DNA of 64,000 bases. It comes from Nemertoderma westbladi (Eukaryota; Animalia; Xenacoelomorpha). The DNA lies in contig JAUCBJ010001770.1 in NCBI GenBank assembly GCA_032718475.1, positions 809-64,808 of the forward strand, in the 5' to 3' direction. Shown here piece by piece: positions 26,201-45,560 of the stretch; within the stretch, counting starts at the first letter, position 1; each line of letters opens with the position of its first letter. The notes beneath the pieces were generated by a model. The model made no database searches and was not told the DNA's origin. It saw only the letters and a list, made by a program, of their open reading frames with translations. Both the position numbers and the translations under genes were made by a program.

Positions 26201-27039
26201 CTAATGGTGAAAACTAGAAAAGCATTCTACATTACCAATCTGGCAGATTACCTGAACTCCCATAAGCAGCTGCTGTAACTTACACAATAATTTTGATTTG
26301 ATCAAAATCTTTAGCAAATATTTTGAGTGACAACTTAAAAGTATAGATACAGTAGTCCCACATATAGGCCCACATAAAATACAAGGCAAGTTGTCTGGCG
26401 TCGCACCCTTTTTGGACGGCATTTTAATAAACATTGTTAGTACGCGAACTGGCGATAAATACACAGTATAATTAGATGTGGTGTAGGGAACCCTACGGTT
26501 TAATATTGGGATACTGTGGTTACCATACGGACTATTCTCCGGTAGCACTTAGAGCCGCTTTATAAGCTAGGGCTGCTAAACGCTGATTTGCTGAACGTCC
26601 GTTTCCCTCATATCGCCTTTTCCACAGGAGTTTTTCTGGAACGCTGCTGGCGCTTAATATATAAAGCATACATTTTTATTTTATTAATTTTTTCAGTTTG
26701 CTCACCCAGACAATTTTCTTTCAGTTTTTCTTTATTTGAAATGACCTCGTCTTTACTTCTCCAGCGGAGCCCACTTAATCGTAGTCTGCGTGCGTTCACG
26801 AGGAGTAGTTGATCCAGGTGATATAGGTGATATCCTGGAGTTGCGACCACAAGCGGTTTACTCTCGCAACTGAAAGATTTGAGTATGAGAACTCTCCAGG
26901 AGAAATACCGGCTCGGTCGTCGCCCGGGTCAACAAGGACCGCGTCCCTCAGTGGTACACCAGGCTGGGGTCGATAAATTGGCTACTGGAACAGAAGACAG
27001 AGAAGAAAGAAGAACCAACCTGTTGAAATGTAAAAAGAT

Positions 27040-27695
27040 ACTAAAGATTGCTACAATGAACGCACGCACGCTGAAAGCACAGATAACATCGACATCATCT
27101 GCATCCAAGAACATCGGATTTGTCATGAAGACACTGCCATGAAGTACAATGACATTGGAAATAGATGGACGTTAGTAACATAGTAACAAGCTCAGCAGTA
27201 AGAAACTCGGCCAATGCATCAATTGGTGGAGTAGGAATTCTGCTAAGCCCATTTGCACTTAAAACCCTAAACAACATCGAATCTATAAATTCCAGGGTTA
27301 TGATCGCAACATTTGATGGGAATCCCAAGACAACAGTTATATGTTGCTACAGTCCAACCAATGCCTCAGAGCCAGAACAAGCAGTCACGTTTTATGAAGA
27401 TCTGAGTGGGCTTAGAAAGGACATTCCGAAACACAATGTTAAAGTCATTGCTGGTGACCTGAATGCGCAAATTGGCCCAGAAGACATCACGTGTTACACC
27501 TATAACACCAGTTCTAACAGAAATGGGAACTTACTTTTTGACCTAATGGAAGAGTGTGAATTGATACCAACAAACAACACATTCGAAAAGAGTAGGGGGA
27601 AGCTATAGACCTTTCAATACCCTAATGGAACCAAAGCACAACTTGATTACATCCTTATAAACAAAAAGTGGAGAAACAGCATGATCAACTGTGGA
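27040..27695 (+). mobile_element. RTE-clade LINE relic, AP-endonuclease domain (frameshifted)
   Basis: LKIATMNARTL, IDIICIQEHR, GGVGILLS, YSPTN, GDLNAQIG, QLDYIL motifs across frames. Confidence 0.85.
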
Positions 27696-27779
27696 AGGAT
27701 CTCATTTCCACTGTCCGATTTCGCTCGACCTAGTAGTAGTAGTAGTAGTAGTATTAACATTAAAAGTCATTAATGTAGA

Positions 27780-27958
27780 ATTTGTGCATCCTGCTAATTA
27801 ATGTATTAGAAAACATGGCGATGTCATCTGCAAAGTCGATGTCTGTGACTGCAAGAGCAGGATTCCCTGCTGCTTCTATGTTCGACTGTAGTGTCAACCT
27901 AAGATCTTCACCTGTTGTTGCTATCCACCCTGCGTAATCCAATACAATTATGAATAGT
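27780..27958 (-). mobile_element. Inverted LINE reverse-transcriptase fragment
   Basis: LFIIVLDYA and DIDFADDIAM on the minus strand, homologous to the RT at 29600-29780. Confidence 0.75.
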
Positions 27959-28569
27959 GTTTATTCATCGATTTTGGTGGTACACCGAGGTCTCATTTTT
28001 TTGGTTCGGCTGTGACAGAGGCTTTAGTTGCCACCCCCCCCCCCCCCCCCCTCCCCCCTAAACTTGCATTCATTGTTGTATTGCAAATATGAAAAGTGTT
28101 AATATTAATACATTTGAGAGTCAAAAAAATAAAGAGTTAATGCTTCCCTGTAGTTCGGCAGGCGTAAAATCACATGTGGGGCGAGCCACGTAAGCCCTGG
28201 CGATCCTCTCAGACCCGTTTTACGTCATCGTCGTTGTCGAAAAGGTTTGAACGCTAATAAGTCAGTCAATCTTTGATGAAATTGAACCAAACAACTTGGT
28301 ACAGATGTAGTTTATAAATAGTTTAGAAATTCTACACACATACATACTTATATAGTTCACCTGTCGACCGCTAGGGGCCGTATCACTAGGTCCACTAATT
28401 GTACCTCTACGCAAAAGCTCACCTGGACTTACGTGGCGAAGTCCCCATGTTCGTGTTTCTATAAGTAGGTGTTGTTATATATTTTCCTTGTGGGGCTGAA
28501 CTCAATGTTTGGTGGCTGCCCATGCAATTCCCAACACGTTCTTCAGGACTATCAGCTTTTACAGGAAAA

Positions 28570-30010
28570 AGGAAAAGGGCCCCCTAGACTGACCACAAAA
28601 TTCAGAAGTGCCGATGTGACCTCTATAAGGGGCAGAATGAGTCCCGACTCAAACAGACTACAGCGGCCAAGAATGCAGTTAAGGCTGCATTTAGGTCCCT
28701 GAACAGGCAGTACTCTTTTAATCTACAGGAGCTAATAAACCAACAGGTTGATGCCATCAATGATGCTGACGACAGCAGGCAATCATCCCAGGCATGGAAA
28801 TAGATTAACTTGCTTACTGGGAGGAAAAGCCAACCAACCACTAAGGTTAAGGCAGAAAGAATCACAAGCCGATCGCCTCAATGGTTGGAAGGCCCACTTT
28901 GAAAAGCTCCTCAATAATGACAGGGTATTGCCTGATAACTTTATAGACGTAAAAGTGTCTGAGTCTGTACTCCCTGATATTCCCATTAGCGATATATCTT
29001 TTGCAGAAGTGAAGGCTGCTGCAACGAGAATTAAGACCAATCGTGCCAGTGGAGTAGATGGTGTTCACCCCCAGGTCTTTAAAATACCTGAGTGTTTAAA
29101 GCCCATCTATCCCATCATACAGTAGTAGATATGTACAGATCAACAAGAGTGCCACAAGAAATGAAAACAAATAAGTTGGTGCCAGTTCCCAAGAAGGGCA
29201 ACCTAACACTCTATGGTTCTTTTCGGGGAATCTCATTGATCTCGATTGCTGCAAAGCTATACAATATAATTATATTAAATCGCATCAGGGATCCCATTGA
29301 GAGACTGCTCCGTGGAAATCAGAATGGGCTCCGTAAAGGTCGTGGGACCATGGAGCCCATTTTGGCACTTAGAAGGAAAATTGAAGAAGAGTTATCAAAA
29401 AAGAAAGACAGTATGTTATCTTTGTTGACTTCTTCAAGGCCTTTGATTCAGTCTCTCGCTCACGTATGTTCAGCATACTTTCATTATATTGGATGCCTGA
29501 TGAAATTATTGCAGCAATCAGATCAGTATACGATGGTTCGACAACATTTGTGTCTATTGTTGATGGTGACACAGAACCATTTCAAGTATTATGGGGAGTC
29601 CTCCAAGGAAACACACTTGCTCCATTCTTGTTCATAATTGTGGTTGACTATGTTCTACGCATGTCCTTAGATCATCATAATGATGATGGGGTAATGATAA
29701 CTCCACCTACTGGCTCCAGAAGTCGAGGAAATCCTGCCAAGTACCTAACTGATCTAGACTTTGCTGATGACTTAGGAGTACTCTCAGAATCACTAGAGGG
29801 AGCCCAATGGCTCCTCGGCTCATGCCTCTGCTTCTAGTGTTGGTCTTTTTATTAACTCCAGAAAGACCAAAATTTTGACAGTTAACTTTGAAAGTCCTCA
29901 GCAAGTCTCTGACCGGATGAGCATAAGCTCAAAGGATGGTATGTATGCTTTAGCATGTGGACGACTTCTGTTACCTGGGATCATGGATCCGGAAGTCAGG
30001 TGAGGACCTT
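28570..30010 (+). mobile_element. RTE-clade LINE relic, reverse transcriptase (disrupted)
   Basis: WKAHFEKLLN, ASGVDG, VPVPKKGNL, FRGISLISIAAKLYN, QNGLRKGRGT, GVLQGNTLAPFLF, DLDFADDL. Stops and frameshifts present. Confidence 0.9.
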
Positions 30011-30534
30011 CAAATACTTACCTTTAACTCAACCTTGTCGACCCTACCTAACCTTGTTTATTATGAATAAATGTCTTAATATAATTAAAAATAAATGTTT
30101 AATAAATTTATGTTTAAATGTTTCCATTCCGAGCCTTTGCAACATTTTTAGGGTTTGTTGCTGTTATGTCTTGCATATATCGACGATGCTGTTGCTGTCT
30201 GTATGTATTCTTTGCTTTCTGTTGTGTTTGTTCCGCGCCATGCAGGATGCAGCTCAGACAACCGTGAAGTAATTGATGGAGAAACCTACATACATTTTAT
30301 AACATAAAACTAAACACAGGGCGCAGGTTTTCATTCGCCCCTCTTGAAGCTCACCACTCAACTCAATTGTCACCGAAGCAGGACCTTAACGCCCCTGGAA
30401 ATTTATTGCCCCCGAGTCTTTATCGCTCCTGGTCCTTTCTCGCCCCTGGTCCTTTATTGCCTCTATCATTATACAGGCTACATTCCCCAAACTTTCTCAT
30501 ACTTCCTTAATCATGTTCAATTCATAGACTAACC

Positions 30535-30942
30535 ACCCGCTTGGGTTAGTGATAAATATCTGGGCTTTCATTCAGGAGGACCCAGGTTCGATCCCTGGAT
30601 GACGCAGTACTGTTTAGGGCGGGGCTTTAAATGCTGAAAACTAGCTCTACCCAGTTATTCACCCTTCAATGGTCGATAAATGGGAACCATAGTAACTTAG
30701 AAAACAGAGTGGAAGAGACTGTGGAAGATCACCCATGGTGGTGAACAAGCATTCCTTTAGGAAACAGAGTGGAAGGATTAATGTAGAAGATCACAATTGG
30801 CTGTGAACATTCATTCCCTGGCTTACTAGGCCTAAACGTTTCTCCCGTTCAAAATTCATATTTGTCACAGTGGCGATAAGGTACCAGTTCATTTGGCAGG
30901 GAGTCAAGTTACCAGCGATTTTGAATGAATGAATGAATGAAT
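30535..30942 (+). mobile_element. tRNA-derived SINE
   Basis: B box GGTTCGATCCC (~30585), core ACCCAGTTATTCACCCTTCAATGGTCGATAAATG resembling the 12.3-kb SINE core, (GAAT)n tail. Confidence 0.6.
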
Positions 30943-30950
30943 GCGGAGAG

Positions 30951-31241
30951 GTAAAGTAAAAGTAAAGGAATGTTTTCGTCGGCCATTAGGCCAATGATTA
31001 CGCCAGATGAATATCCGATTTACAGTGCAGTTCTCCCAGAACTATACTCACTAGAGGATACTTGGCCCCCTTTAGTGCTCATATATGTATTATATGTATG
31101 CCGATATGTGCGTCGGCTAGTCCCTTCAAAGAATTAATGTCTAAAAGAAAACTCCTCCGCATCCTTTCGGGCACGAACCCACGACCACTGGAGAAATGTG
31201 AATTCAAGACAACGGCTTAACCCGCTACGCCAAGATGGCAC
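30951..31241 (-). mobile_element. tRNA-derived SINE, tail-to-tail with the previous one
   Basis: Minus strand has A box TGGCGTAGCGG, B box GGTTCGTGCCC and a (TTTAC)n tail. It is too long and imperfect for a tRNA gene. Confidence 0.7.
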
Positions 31242-31962
31242 TAAAACGAGAAAACCAAAAACATTATAAAACAAACAGCTTTACCAACTTGTATTTTTTC
31301 ATCTAACATTATAATCTGTTAAAAATAATAACCAAAACATAGTGAATATTATACTTCAGTTACTTACTTGTATTTACACAATATAGAATAAATAAAATAC
31401 AGTAGCAATCTTACAGTACAGTATATATATATATATTGATATAAATGTTGCCACTGTGCCACCCCTCCAGAATTGGCAGTGGCCCTTTGGCAACCTCTCA
31501 GCATATAAATGTGGCCCTATGGCAACATTAGTGGCATCTTGGCAACATGTTGCCTCTAGGCCCTGTGGCCCATTGACTGCTTTCGTATCTGACTGGCCCT
31601 AAGGTTGCTTTTTACAGTTACAACATATATCTGCGCTAACTGTGTGGCCTTGTGGCCCATTGGCCTCTTTGTATCAGAGTGGTCCTTAGGTTGTTTTTTA
31701 CTTTTATAATGTACACCTTCTATGCAGACACATCTTTCCAATAATATGGGGTTTTCCGTACAACCACCACACACACCAGCTAGAGTATCATTTAAAAGAC
31801 TATTAACAACTTCCTTGCTTACTTTAACTTGCCTTTACCACAGTACAAATTATGCATTGTAGAAAAATTTGTCTACGAAAACCATCGGAGTATATTTCAA
31901 GTTTAGAATAATTACAAAGACAACAGCCCTAATATTCCGATATATTATTACCATCTCATTAA

Positions 31963-33538
31963 CCCTATTAAACCCGGGGGGGGGGGGGGGTCAATATGAC
32001 CCCCCCCCCGTGGTTTTTTTTTTATAATTCTGAAACAAACGCAGTTGGGAATCTGAAATTTTATGACTTTTCCTAAAAATCAATTGTCTTCCTAGTAGTG
32101 AAAACCGTTTTCAAAAATATTGGGTAGTTTTCGAGTTATAGCACCATTTTTTAACCCTACTTTTTGCACTTTTTTTGAGACGTTTTTTGAAAATTACATT
32201 TCATTAAATATGAATTGTAACATCGCTATTTTTGATTTACACCGGTTTTTTGGTGTTAGCAATTGGATGGAATTCATATAAATTGATTTAGAAATTTCAA
32301 ACTTGTTTTTTTCGGCGGGTGCCAATTTTTGGTGCCAGCACCAAATTTTGAAATATGTCAATTTTGTAAATTGATTGTGTGAAACTTGTTTTTTACGCAA
32401 TTGGGGTTTTTTGGGGTTCTGGTTTCGATGAAATATATACGAGTTGCACCAAGCGTATCAAACTTGTGTTTTTCGGTGGTGGGTGCAAATTTTGGTGCTA
32501 GCACAAAATTTTGAAAATCCATTCAATTGATAAAATTGTTTGTGACAATTTATTTCTTGCGTTTTAGAGGTTTATGGCTATTCTGAATTGAATGGAATAT
32601 ATAATTTTCGAACTAGGCATCTCAAATTTGTATTTTTCGGAAGTGGGTGCAAAATGTGGTGCTACCACCAAATTTTGAAAACCATCAAATGTATACATTT
32701 ATTGTGTCACCTTGTTTCCTGCGTTATATGGGTTTGTTAGGGTTCTGAATTCAATGGAATCAGTAAAAATTTCATCATAAGAGTTTTCAAACTTGTATTT
32801 TTCGCCGGTGGGTGAAAATTGTTGTGCCAGCACCAAATTTTGGAAAATAAGCAAATTGATCATTAGATAGTATCATCTTGTTTATTGCGTTATACGGGTT
32901 TATGAGGGTTCTGAATCCGATGGAATCAATGAAAACAGCACTGGACATCGCAATCTTGTACTTTTTGGTGATGGGTACGAAATTTGGTCCTAGCACCGAA
33001 ATTTGCCAAATTACGCCGAAAAATACAAGTAGCAATGATGGGGCATTTTAGAAATGTATTCCATTATAATCAGCGCCCTAGAAGAACTGAACATGTGAAT
33101 TTATAGCATCGTATAAGTGAATTAAAAATTTTGTGTTCTAACTGAAAAGTGCTGGTTACTTGTTTTTTTCATTTTTTTTTCCTACGCAGAGAGGACTAAA
33201 CAGACATTTATAGTAATCATATCATTTTTAAATATTTTCCAATGTATTTTGCGCCCCAGAAAACCTGTATTGAAAAACAATTAGACGAAAAATGTAACTT
33301 TCAAATTTTCTGAAAATTGTGCACTACTTGTAATTTTGGTGCTGCAATATATCCACCCCAGTACATTTTTTCGAAATTTTTTTTTTCGGTCGGATCCTGA
33401 CTAGTGATACCTAAGTACAAACAAAAAATCAGACGTTTTCGTATAAATTTGTAGATTTTAGGGGGGGGGGGGGGGGTCAATATGACCCCCCCCCCCCCCG
33501 GTATTTGTACAACATTTTATAGCCCGGTATTAATAGGG
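31963..33538. mobile_element. piggyBac-like non-autonomous element (1576 bp)
   Basis: TTAA TSD on both sides. TIRs CCCTATTAAACCCGGG / CCCGGTATTAATAGGG (14/16). G-run-TCAATATGA-C-run hairpins near both ends. About five internal ~163-bp degenerate repeats (32290-33010). Confidence 0.88.
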
Positions 33539-33689
33539 TTAACATAATTATTGACAAGTTGTTCGGTAACAGAACATTACGTACTTAAAAAGAAAATAAC
33601 ATCAATCAACATAAATTCAATACCGGATATCTTATAGAGTTATAAATTTGCTTCTTTTGCTATTTTAAAAATAAATTTGGCATTTGATT

Positions 33690-38992
<5,303 letters not shown>

Positions 38993-40731
38993 ATAGTTCT
39001 TAAAAAGTTATTAAAAATTAAGACATTTGCGATGTTAGTTATTCTGTTTTGATAGTATATAGAGAGTATCTAGTGTATGCAAGTCTTTCTGTCATCAAAC
39101 ACATTAAACCACATTAAAAACCTAATTAAAACGTATCACGTTAAACCACATTTAAAAAATGAGAGTTAACAACTTAACTATTTAACAAAATGACGTTTGG
39201 TTAACTCTGGGGGATATAATACAGTCAATATCAATGGAATCTAACTAAAAATAATTCCAGGCTATAATTTGTACGTCAGAATCTCACAATTTCTAAAACA
39301 GATGTAATTTGATATGTAAATGCAGGCAAGGTGCCATTTTTAGAAACACGTAAAAATTGATACAATAACATTTTAAATGAATATATCTGGAAATCATTTC
39401 TAATAATAAACCATGTTTTCAATCTATTTTATTATGTTTTGTGTCTTTGATCCATGCATGCTTGAATAAATTCAACAATTTATTTTCAGTATGTATCTAG
39501 ATATGTAAAAGATGGTTCTGGGCCATTTTCGTGTATTTTTAAAAAATCTCATTTCTTGACTCGATTATTCGACTAGAATAAATAAAAATACTCGTAAGTT
39601 ATCGATTTTACCTTTACCGAACCGATAGAGGCTGAAATCCAATCTTAAAAATTGTTTATAAAATTTAAAACATAGAACTTCCAAATTTTGAATTTGTTCA
39701 TAACTTTAGCTACTTTATCGGGTAACATACTATGTACTTAGTATTACCTTTGCAACCCAAAAACATCTATATATGAATGTATATATGTCTTTAAAAATAG
39801 AAATAATAAAAATAAATTGCAGAATGTTTTTGAATGAAGATTCTAAACAACGTTCCACTTTACAGTTTTTTCAAAAAATCAGTTTAAATTTTTCGTGTGC
39901 AAAAGTGGCATCTTGTCAACTTCTATATTTAATTGTACATGTTGCCCTAGGGCCACAACTCTATCATTAAGTCTATGGAAAACTCGAATGTAAAATGTAT
40001 ATATATATCAATAATACGGAATTTTATAAAATTTGATTGACTGTGTAAGATGAAAAAATTTTTTTTAAGTAAACTTTATTTTTACTTTATTAAGACGTAT
40101 AACAAATTTAAAGCATTAGGACCTAGTAGAAATGATTGAAACACCGTTCCGAAACTAACATATACGTGGGTGGCACCACGTCAACAATTTCTATGTATAT
40201 ATATATGGAAATTTAATGTAGTTTTTCCGATCACGGATATGATATCATATAAACACACCATCGAAAGACATGACATTTATTTTTTAAATATACTGTACCT
40301 GTATACATGCGTGGAAATTGCTTAGCAGCAAATACATTTTGCATGTAGGCCAATGTGGTTTTATTTCAAAATTTTAGCATTAAAGATTGCTAATATAAAA
40401 CGCTAACTTAATTTGCTATAAAAAAAACCTATATTTCAATACTAGCGGTGTTAAATAATGTTGTAATTTTGGAATAAATAATTTTATTATTCTTTCCAAG
40501 AACTAATTTTTATACCCAGAAATCATTGAGTGAAGAAGGTCAAAGCAAATTGATGATGTTAGTAACTAATTTAACATTCAATTAATAGTGAATCATACAT
40601 AATGAAATGAGACTAAAATACTAAAACTATCAAACACAAGAAAACCAACAGTTCAAAAAGCCTCTTTCAATAATTCATTAGATAGATAAAATTCAATGTT
40701 AATGCTACCTCAGTTTTTGAACAGACAATCT

Positions 40732-43700
40732 CTAATTGTTTGTTTGTGACATGACGCTGAATTGGAAGCCGCTTGTGCCGCTTGGCACTGCCGGTTTATC
40801 GTTGGCATTTTGGTAACACACCAGCGGTCCCAACTTGTATTTCAGAGACTCAGTGCCCACAGGGGTTGGGTTGCTGGCCTGATTGGAATCGGTGTTTGCA
40901 TCGAAACCCGATATGTCTGTGAACTGAAATCCCCGAAGAGGGAGTATCGCGTTCGCATTGCTTCCATCGTCCTCGAATATGCCGGTCCACTTATATTCAC
41001 CACCGTTGTTTTGTCCAATTGTGTTATCAGCGTTGAAGTTGACATAAACGTTCTGCAGGTTTTGTTGAGTATTATACGCAATCGCCCGCTGTTGGTTCAC
41101 TTGAGCTCTATTTGTTATAACTTCGATGGTCTGTTGACACACTGCCGCTTCAGTAACAATTTTTCGCAATTCTGCCCAAGCCCATTTTGATCTCCAAGGG
41201 AACTCACTCCCAGGACAATTGGCCGGGAGCACAACATCGTCCATTAAGCTTGTTCTAGCTCTGCAAGTCGGGTTTTTGAATATATTCTCTTCAGGGGTAT
41301 TTATTTCCCACTCATGATCGAAGTTTTTGTGGTCGTCTCTGGCGTATACCCCTTTTACAGCCTGCCAGTCAGCATACCATTCATCAAAACCTTCGTAACT
41401 GATGAGGTAGGTAACATAATCAGTAAAGACTTGATTGGCACCCTGAAAGTTACCTATTTCAAAGTTCCCAGTAGCTACTTGCGCGTAAGCGCCGTTTAGC
41501 TTGTAGTTAATATTTACTGGTTTGGTGTAGATGACCGTGCGAACTTCGGCGTCCGTAAAGTTACAGAATACATGGATAGTGTAGCTGGGGTGGGATGCTC
41601 CTCCATCCATGTCTATAAAATAGAACTTGTTCTCGCGTGCACCACCATCGTATAACGCCTTACAGTTGAGAGCTGTTGGTCTTTTTTCTTCACAATTGTT
41701 GTAGTCGTAAGTCCAAACTTTCGCCCATGGGACTCTCTCGCTACATGTCTGTACATCACCAGCCACTTTACCATACCCTTTGAAACACACGCATTCTGGG
41801 CCTGTTGTTCCTTTCACATAACACATTGATTGGTGCTGACAAGATTTCGCCAAATTCTGAGGGCACAATCCGCAACCTAGCATATCTGTTGCAACATATT
41901 TTTTTGCTGCTTTATTGTTAACATTGTTTGTCAATTGATTAGCAACTGCTTGTTGGTATTGGATGTCACCACCAGCGCCACCGACTGGGATGTTCGCCCG
42001 CGTTTGAACTACAAAGTCGCATGATGGGGATGATTGGGTGTTACGGTTGCAAATCGCTGCGTCAATGTTACTATCAATGATTGAGTTACCGGGGATGGTA
42101 ATCGCGTTTACATTATTTCCGAGGCTATTTCTATTCATTGTCCAATACTGCCCAGGTCGGAAGAATAGAATCTGATCACTGGTAGTAGCTGCGGCGGTAA
42201 CGGGTCCATTATTAAGGTTATTGAGGTTACCTAAATTTGATATTTGTGGATTATTATCTATAGAAAATGTTTCTTGGTTCTGGGTGTAGGTACGGATTTG
42301 GTTAGACGACGCACCATCACTTGTTGTATAAACTAAATAATTTTGGTTATTGTGTGTAAAAGCAGCTTGTATTTCATCATTGGCATTAGTTGATGGGAAC
42401 ACGGTTTCTAACTTCTTAGGCCAACCGTTTTCAATGCTGGAAAATTGGAATCTATTATTGTTGATAGAACTACTGGTGTACTTGTAGACCCAGGTGATCC
42501 GGGTCGCTCCAGTGCCACTGCTGACGAAGGCATACTTGAATCCCGAAGTTGACCAGAGAAGTGCATCAACGGAGTTAGGGTTGCAATTATAAGCTGCGCG
42601 GTTGGAGAACCAACGGTAGTTATTCGGAACTGGCATCCCTCTAGCAACTCGTTCAACCAAAGGATTGCAGTTGAAATAGAAAAAGTATTTATCCTTCCAA
42701 AACATAATATCGTCGTTCCAGAATACTCCCGCATCTGGAGCAGTGGGAACACCATTCCAGAATTGTTCCACTTGTCTGGGATATCCCGGATCCACTGTGT
42801 TAAATATACGATCAAAGCGGTAGTATTTTCCATCATCATAAAAGACATAGATTTTACTGTCCTTATTGGAGAACGCGGCTTTTGGAACTTTGTCTGTAGG
42901 TAAACCCTTCCACTGATCGGCAAATGTTTTTGCGTAATTAGCATCTAAACTGGCTATTGGTCCATTGTGTGGGATGTTATTAGGTGGACGAGCACTGGCG
43001 AGAAGTGAGTATCGATATACCTGTATGTCAGGATTATTACTAACTGTGGTATATTTCAATACATAAACTTTGTCGATGTCTGCAAGGTAAAATACAGCAT
43101 CCGGTTGAGATGGCGAACTGGGAAAGAGTGTGTTAAACTTAGTCGGGACGTATTTCACAGGGACCCCCCTAGAATCCATCTGCCACACATCGTCATTTGT
43201 ATCCACATATAAAATATATGAAGATTGTTGTGCTTGATTTTGCGGAATTTTGATGATTGCTCGGGCATATTCAGGGGCCCCTGAATTGGCAAACCGACAA
43301 CCAAACAGCTTCACTCCAACATCCTGGGGATAATCAAATGAAACACCGTATCCGGTTATATATTTGTATATGTTTTGACCCTGAATAAAATAGTAGTCAT
43401 ATTTTTTGCTGCCTGATGATGTTTCAACAGTGAGAGCTGCGTCCAGATTTAGCGGAACTCTTGGCCAATTGTTATCATATTGTGGTTTATCAGCGCGGAA
43501 TATCGGGTAGCCTGGGACAATTCTATCGAAGACCAAATCCCATTTGTAATAGTTTTGACCCGAGACACTAGTTTGCGAATTTTCTGGGATATTCTTTGAA
43601 GCTTGCTTAAAGAAGTAAGCGTATGTCTGGCGCTGATTTTCCTTGTATGCATTGATTCCCATTTCACTGAACACAACAGCATCGAAATCTATTGGGATTT

Positions 43701-44474
43701 GTTGAAATTTATTACCTTGATTATTACCACCGTAAGCGGCAACTGATTTTCTCGGAAAGGAACCTCCACTAGGAGTACCACCAAACACAGCGTATTGAGT
43801 GCCCCCATTTCCGTTTGATCTAAACAGATGAATTTCATTTAACGCGAAATTGTAAAATCCACCGCGAATTTGCGAATTACTTAGAGCTGATCCAAAATTA
43901 AAGACGGAAGATAAAGACTGGCCATTTATAACATTATTACCAATCGTGTTGTATTGGCCAGTTGCCTCATCTTTAGCTATGGTATATACAAACTCATTAC
44001 CACTCCCATCGCGCACAATCGCGTAGACGTTCCCATCGCTCGCAGGAAATACAGCCTTGACAATTTGACCTCCGTTCGATTTCCCAATAAGGCATCTTTT
44101 GTTACACCCCAGAATGGTGTCTACGGCTTTTGGGTTTGCGGGTTCTTGAAAATTGTTGTTGGAAGTTGCAGCAGTGGAGGATTTTGAGTAACCGTTTGAA
44201 GTAATGACACCGAATGCGTTACTGCCATCCCTATAAACAGCATTAAGTTGTCCATTAGATTGAAGATTGATACCAGTGATAGAGTTACTCCATGTACCTG
44301 CACTGTACTGTATTTTCTGACCATTTGCCAGATACAGTAGAACGTTGTTGCCACCTATCCCCATCGCAGCTGTGACCGAGTTGGCATTCCATGTGTTGGG
44401 GTTTGGATTACCGTTACTATTGAAGAAATTGTTAAAGAGTTGTGTTGATTGAGCGTTGCCTCCAGGGACATTAC
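40732..44474 (-). CDS. Secreted hemopexin-repeat/EGF/fibrinogen-like protein, paralog 2, exon 2 (spliced protein 1360 aa)
   Basis: Acceptor TTTTAG| at 44475, phase 1, in frame with the 1252-aa ORF. Colinear with paralog 1 including EGF (CQHQSMC..CVCFKGY) and the FYFIDMDGG..VFCNFT..LPLRGFQFTD..YKLGPLVC module. Confidence 0.9.
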
Positions 44475-44524
44475 CTAAAAGAAGATACATATTTGTTTAT
44501 TTATATAGCAAATACTGTATACTA

Positions 44525-45560
44525 TATATGAGGGTTAAGGTTCCTACTGTAGGGGCCTATACACTAATATACTACAGTATATATGAGGGTTAGGGTTCCT
44601 ACTGTAGGGGCCTAAACACTAATATACTACAGTATATACTGTATGAGGGTTAGGGTTCCTACTGTAGGGGCCTATACACTAATATACAGTACTACAGTAT
44701 ATATGAGGGTTAGGGTTCCTACTGTAGGGGCCTATACACTAATATATACTACAGTATATATGAGGGTTAGGGTTCCTACTGTAGGGGCCTATACACTAAT
44801 ATACTGCAGTATATATGAGGGTTAAGGTTCCTACTGTAGGGGCCTATACACCAATATACTACAGTATATATGAGGGTTAAGGTTCCTACTGTAGGGGCCT
44901 ATATACTAATATACTACAGTATATATGAGGGTTAAGGTTCCTACTGTAGGGGCCTATACACTAATATACTACAGTATATATGAGGGTTAAGGTTCCTACT
45001 GTAGGGGCCTATACACTAATATACTACAGTATATATGAGGGTTAAGGTTCCTACTGTAGGGGCCTATACACTAATATACTACAGTATATATGAGGGTTAG
45101 GGTTCCTACTGTAGGGGCCTATAAACTAATATACTACAGTACATATGAGGGTTAGGGTTCCTACTGTAGGGGCCTATACACAAATATACTACAGTATATA
45201 TGAGGGTTAGGGTTCCTACTGTAGGGGCCTATACACTAATATACTACAGTATATATGAGGGTTAGGGTTCCTACTGTAGGGGCCTATACACTAATATACT
45301 ACAGTATATATGAGGGTTAGGGTTCCTACTGTAGGGGCCTATAAACTAATATACTACAGTATATATGAGGGTTTTAGGGTTCCTACTGTAGGGGCCTATA
45401 CACTAATATACTACAGTATATATGAGGGTTAGGGTTCCTACTGTAGGGACCTATACACTAATATACTACAGTATATATGAGGGTTTTAGGGTTCCTACTG
45501 TAGGGGCCTATACACTAATATACTACAGTATATATGAGGGTTAGAGTTCCTACTGTATAC
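44525..45560. repeat. 55-bp minisatellite, ~19 copies, in the intron of paralog 2
   Basis: Unit ATATGAGGGTTAGGGTTCCTACTGTAGGGGCCTATACACTAATATACTACAGTAT. Confidence 0.96.

Noticed and set aside
30535-31241. tRNA genes
   Set aside because: A/B boxes are present but no clean cloverleaf; bodies and simple-repeat tails indicate SINEs.
44525-45560. Interstitial telomere
   Set aside because: Only about 1.5-2 TTAGGG per 55-bp unit, not a TTAGGG tract.
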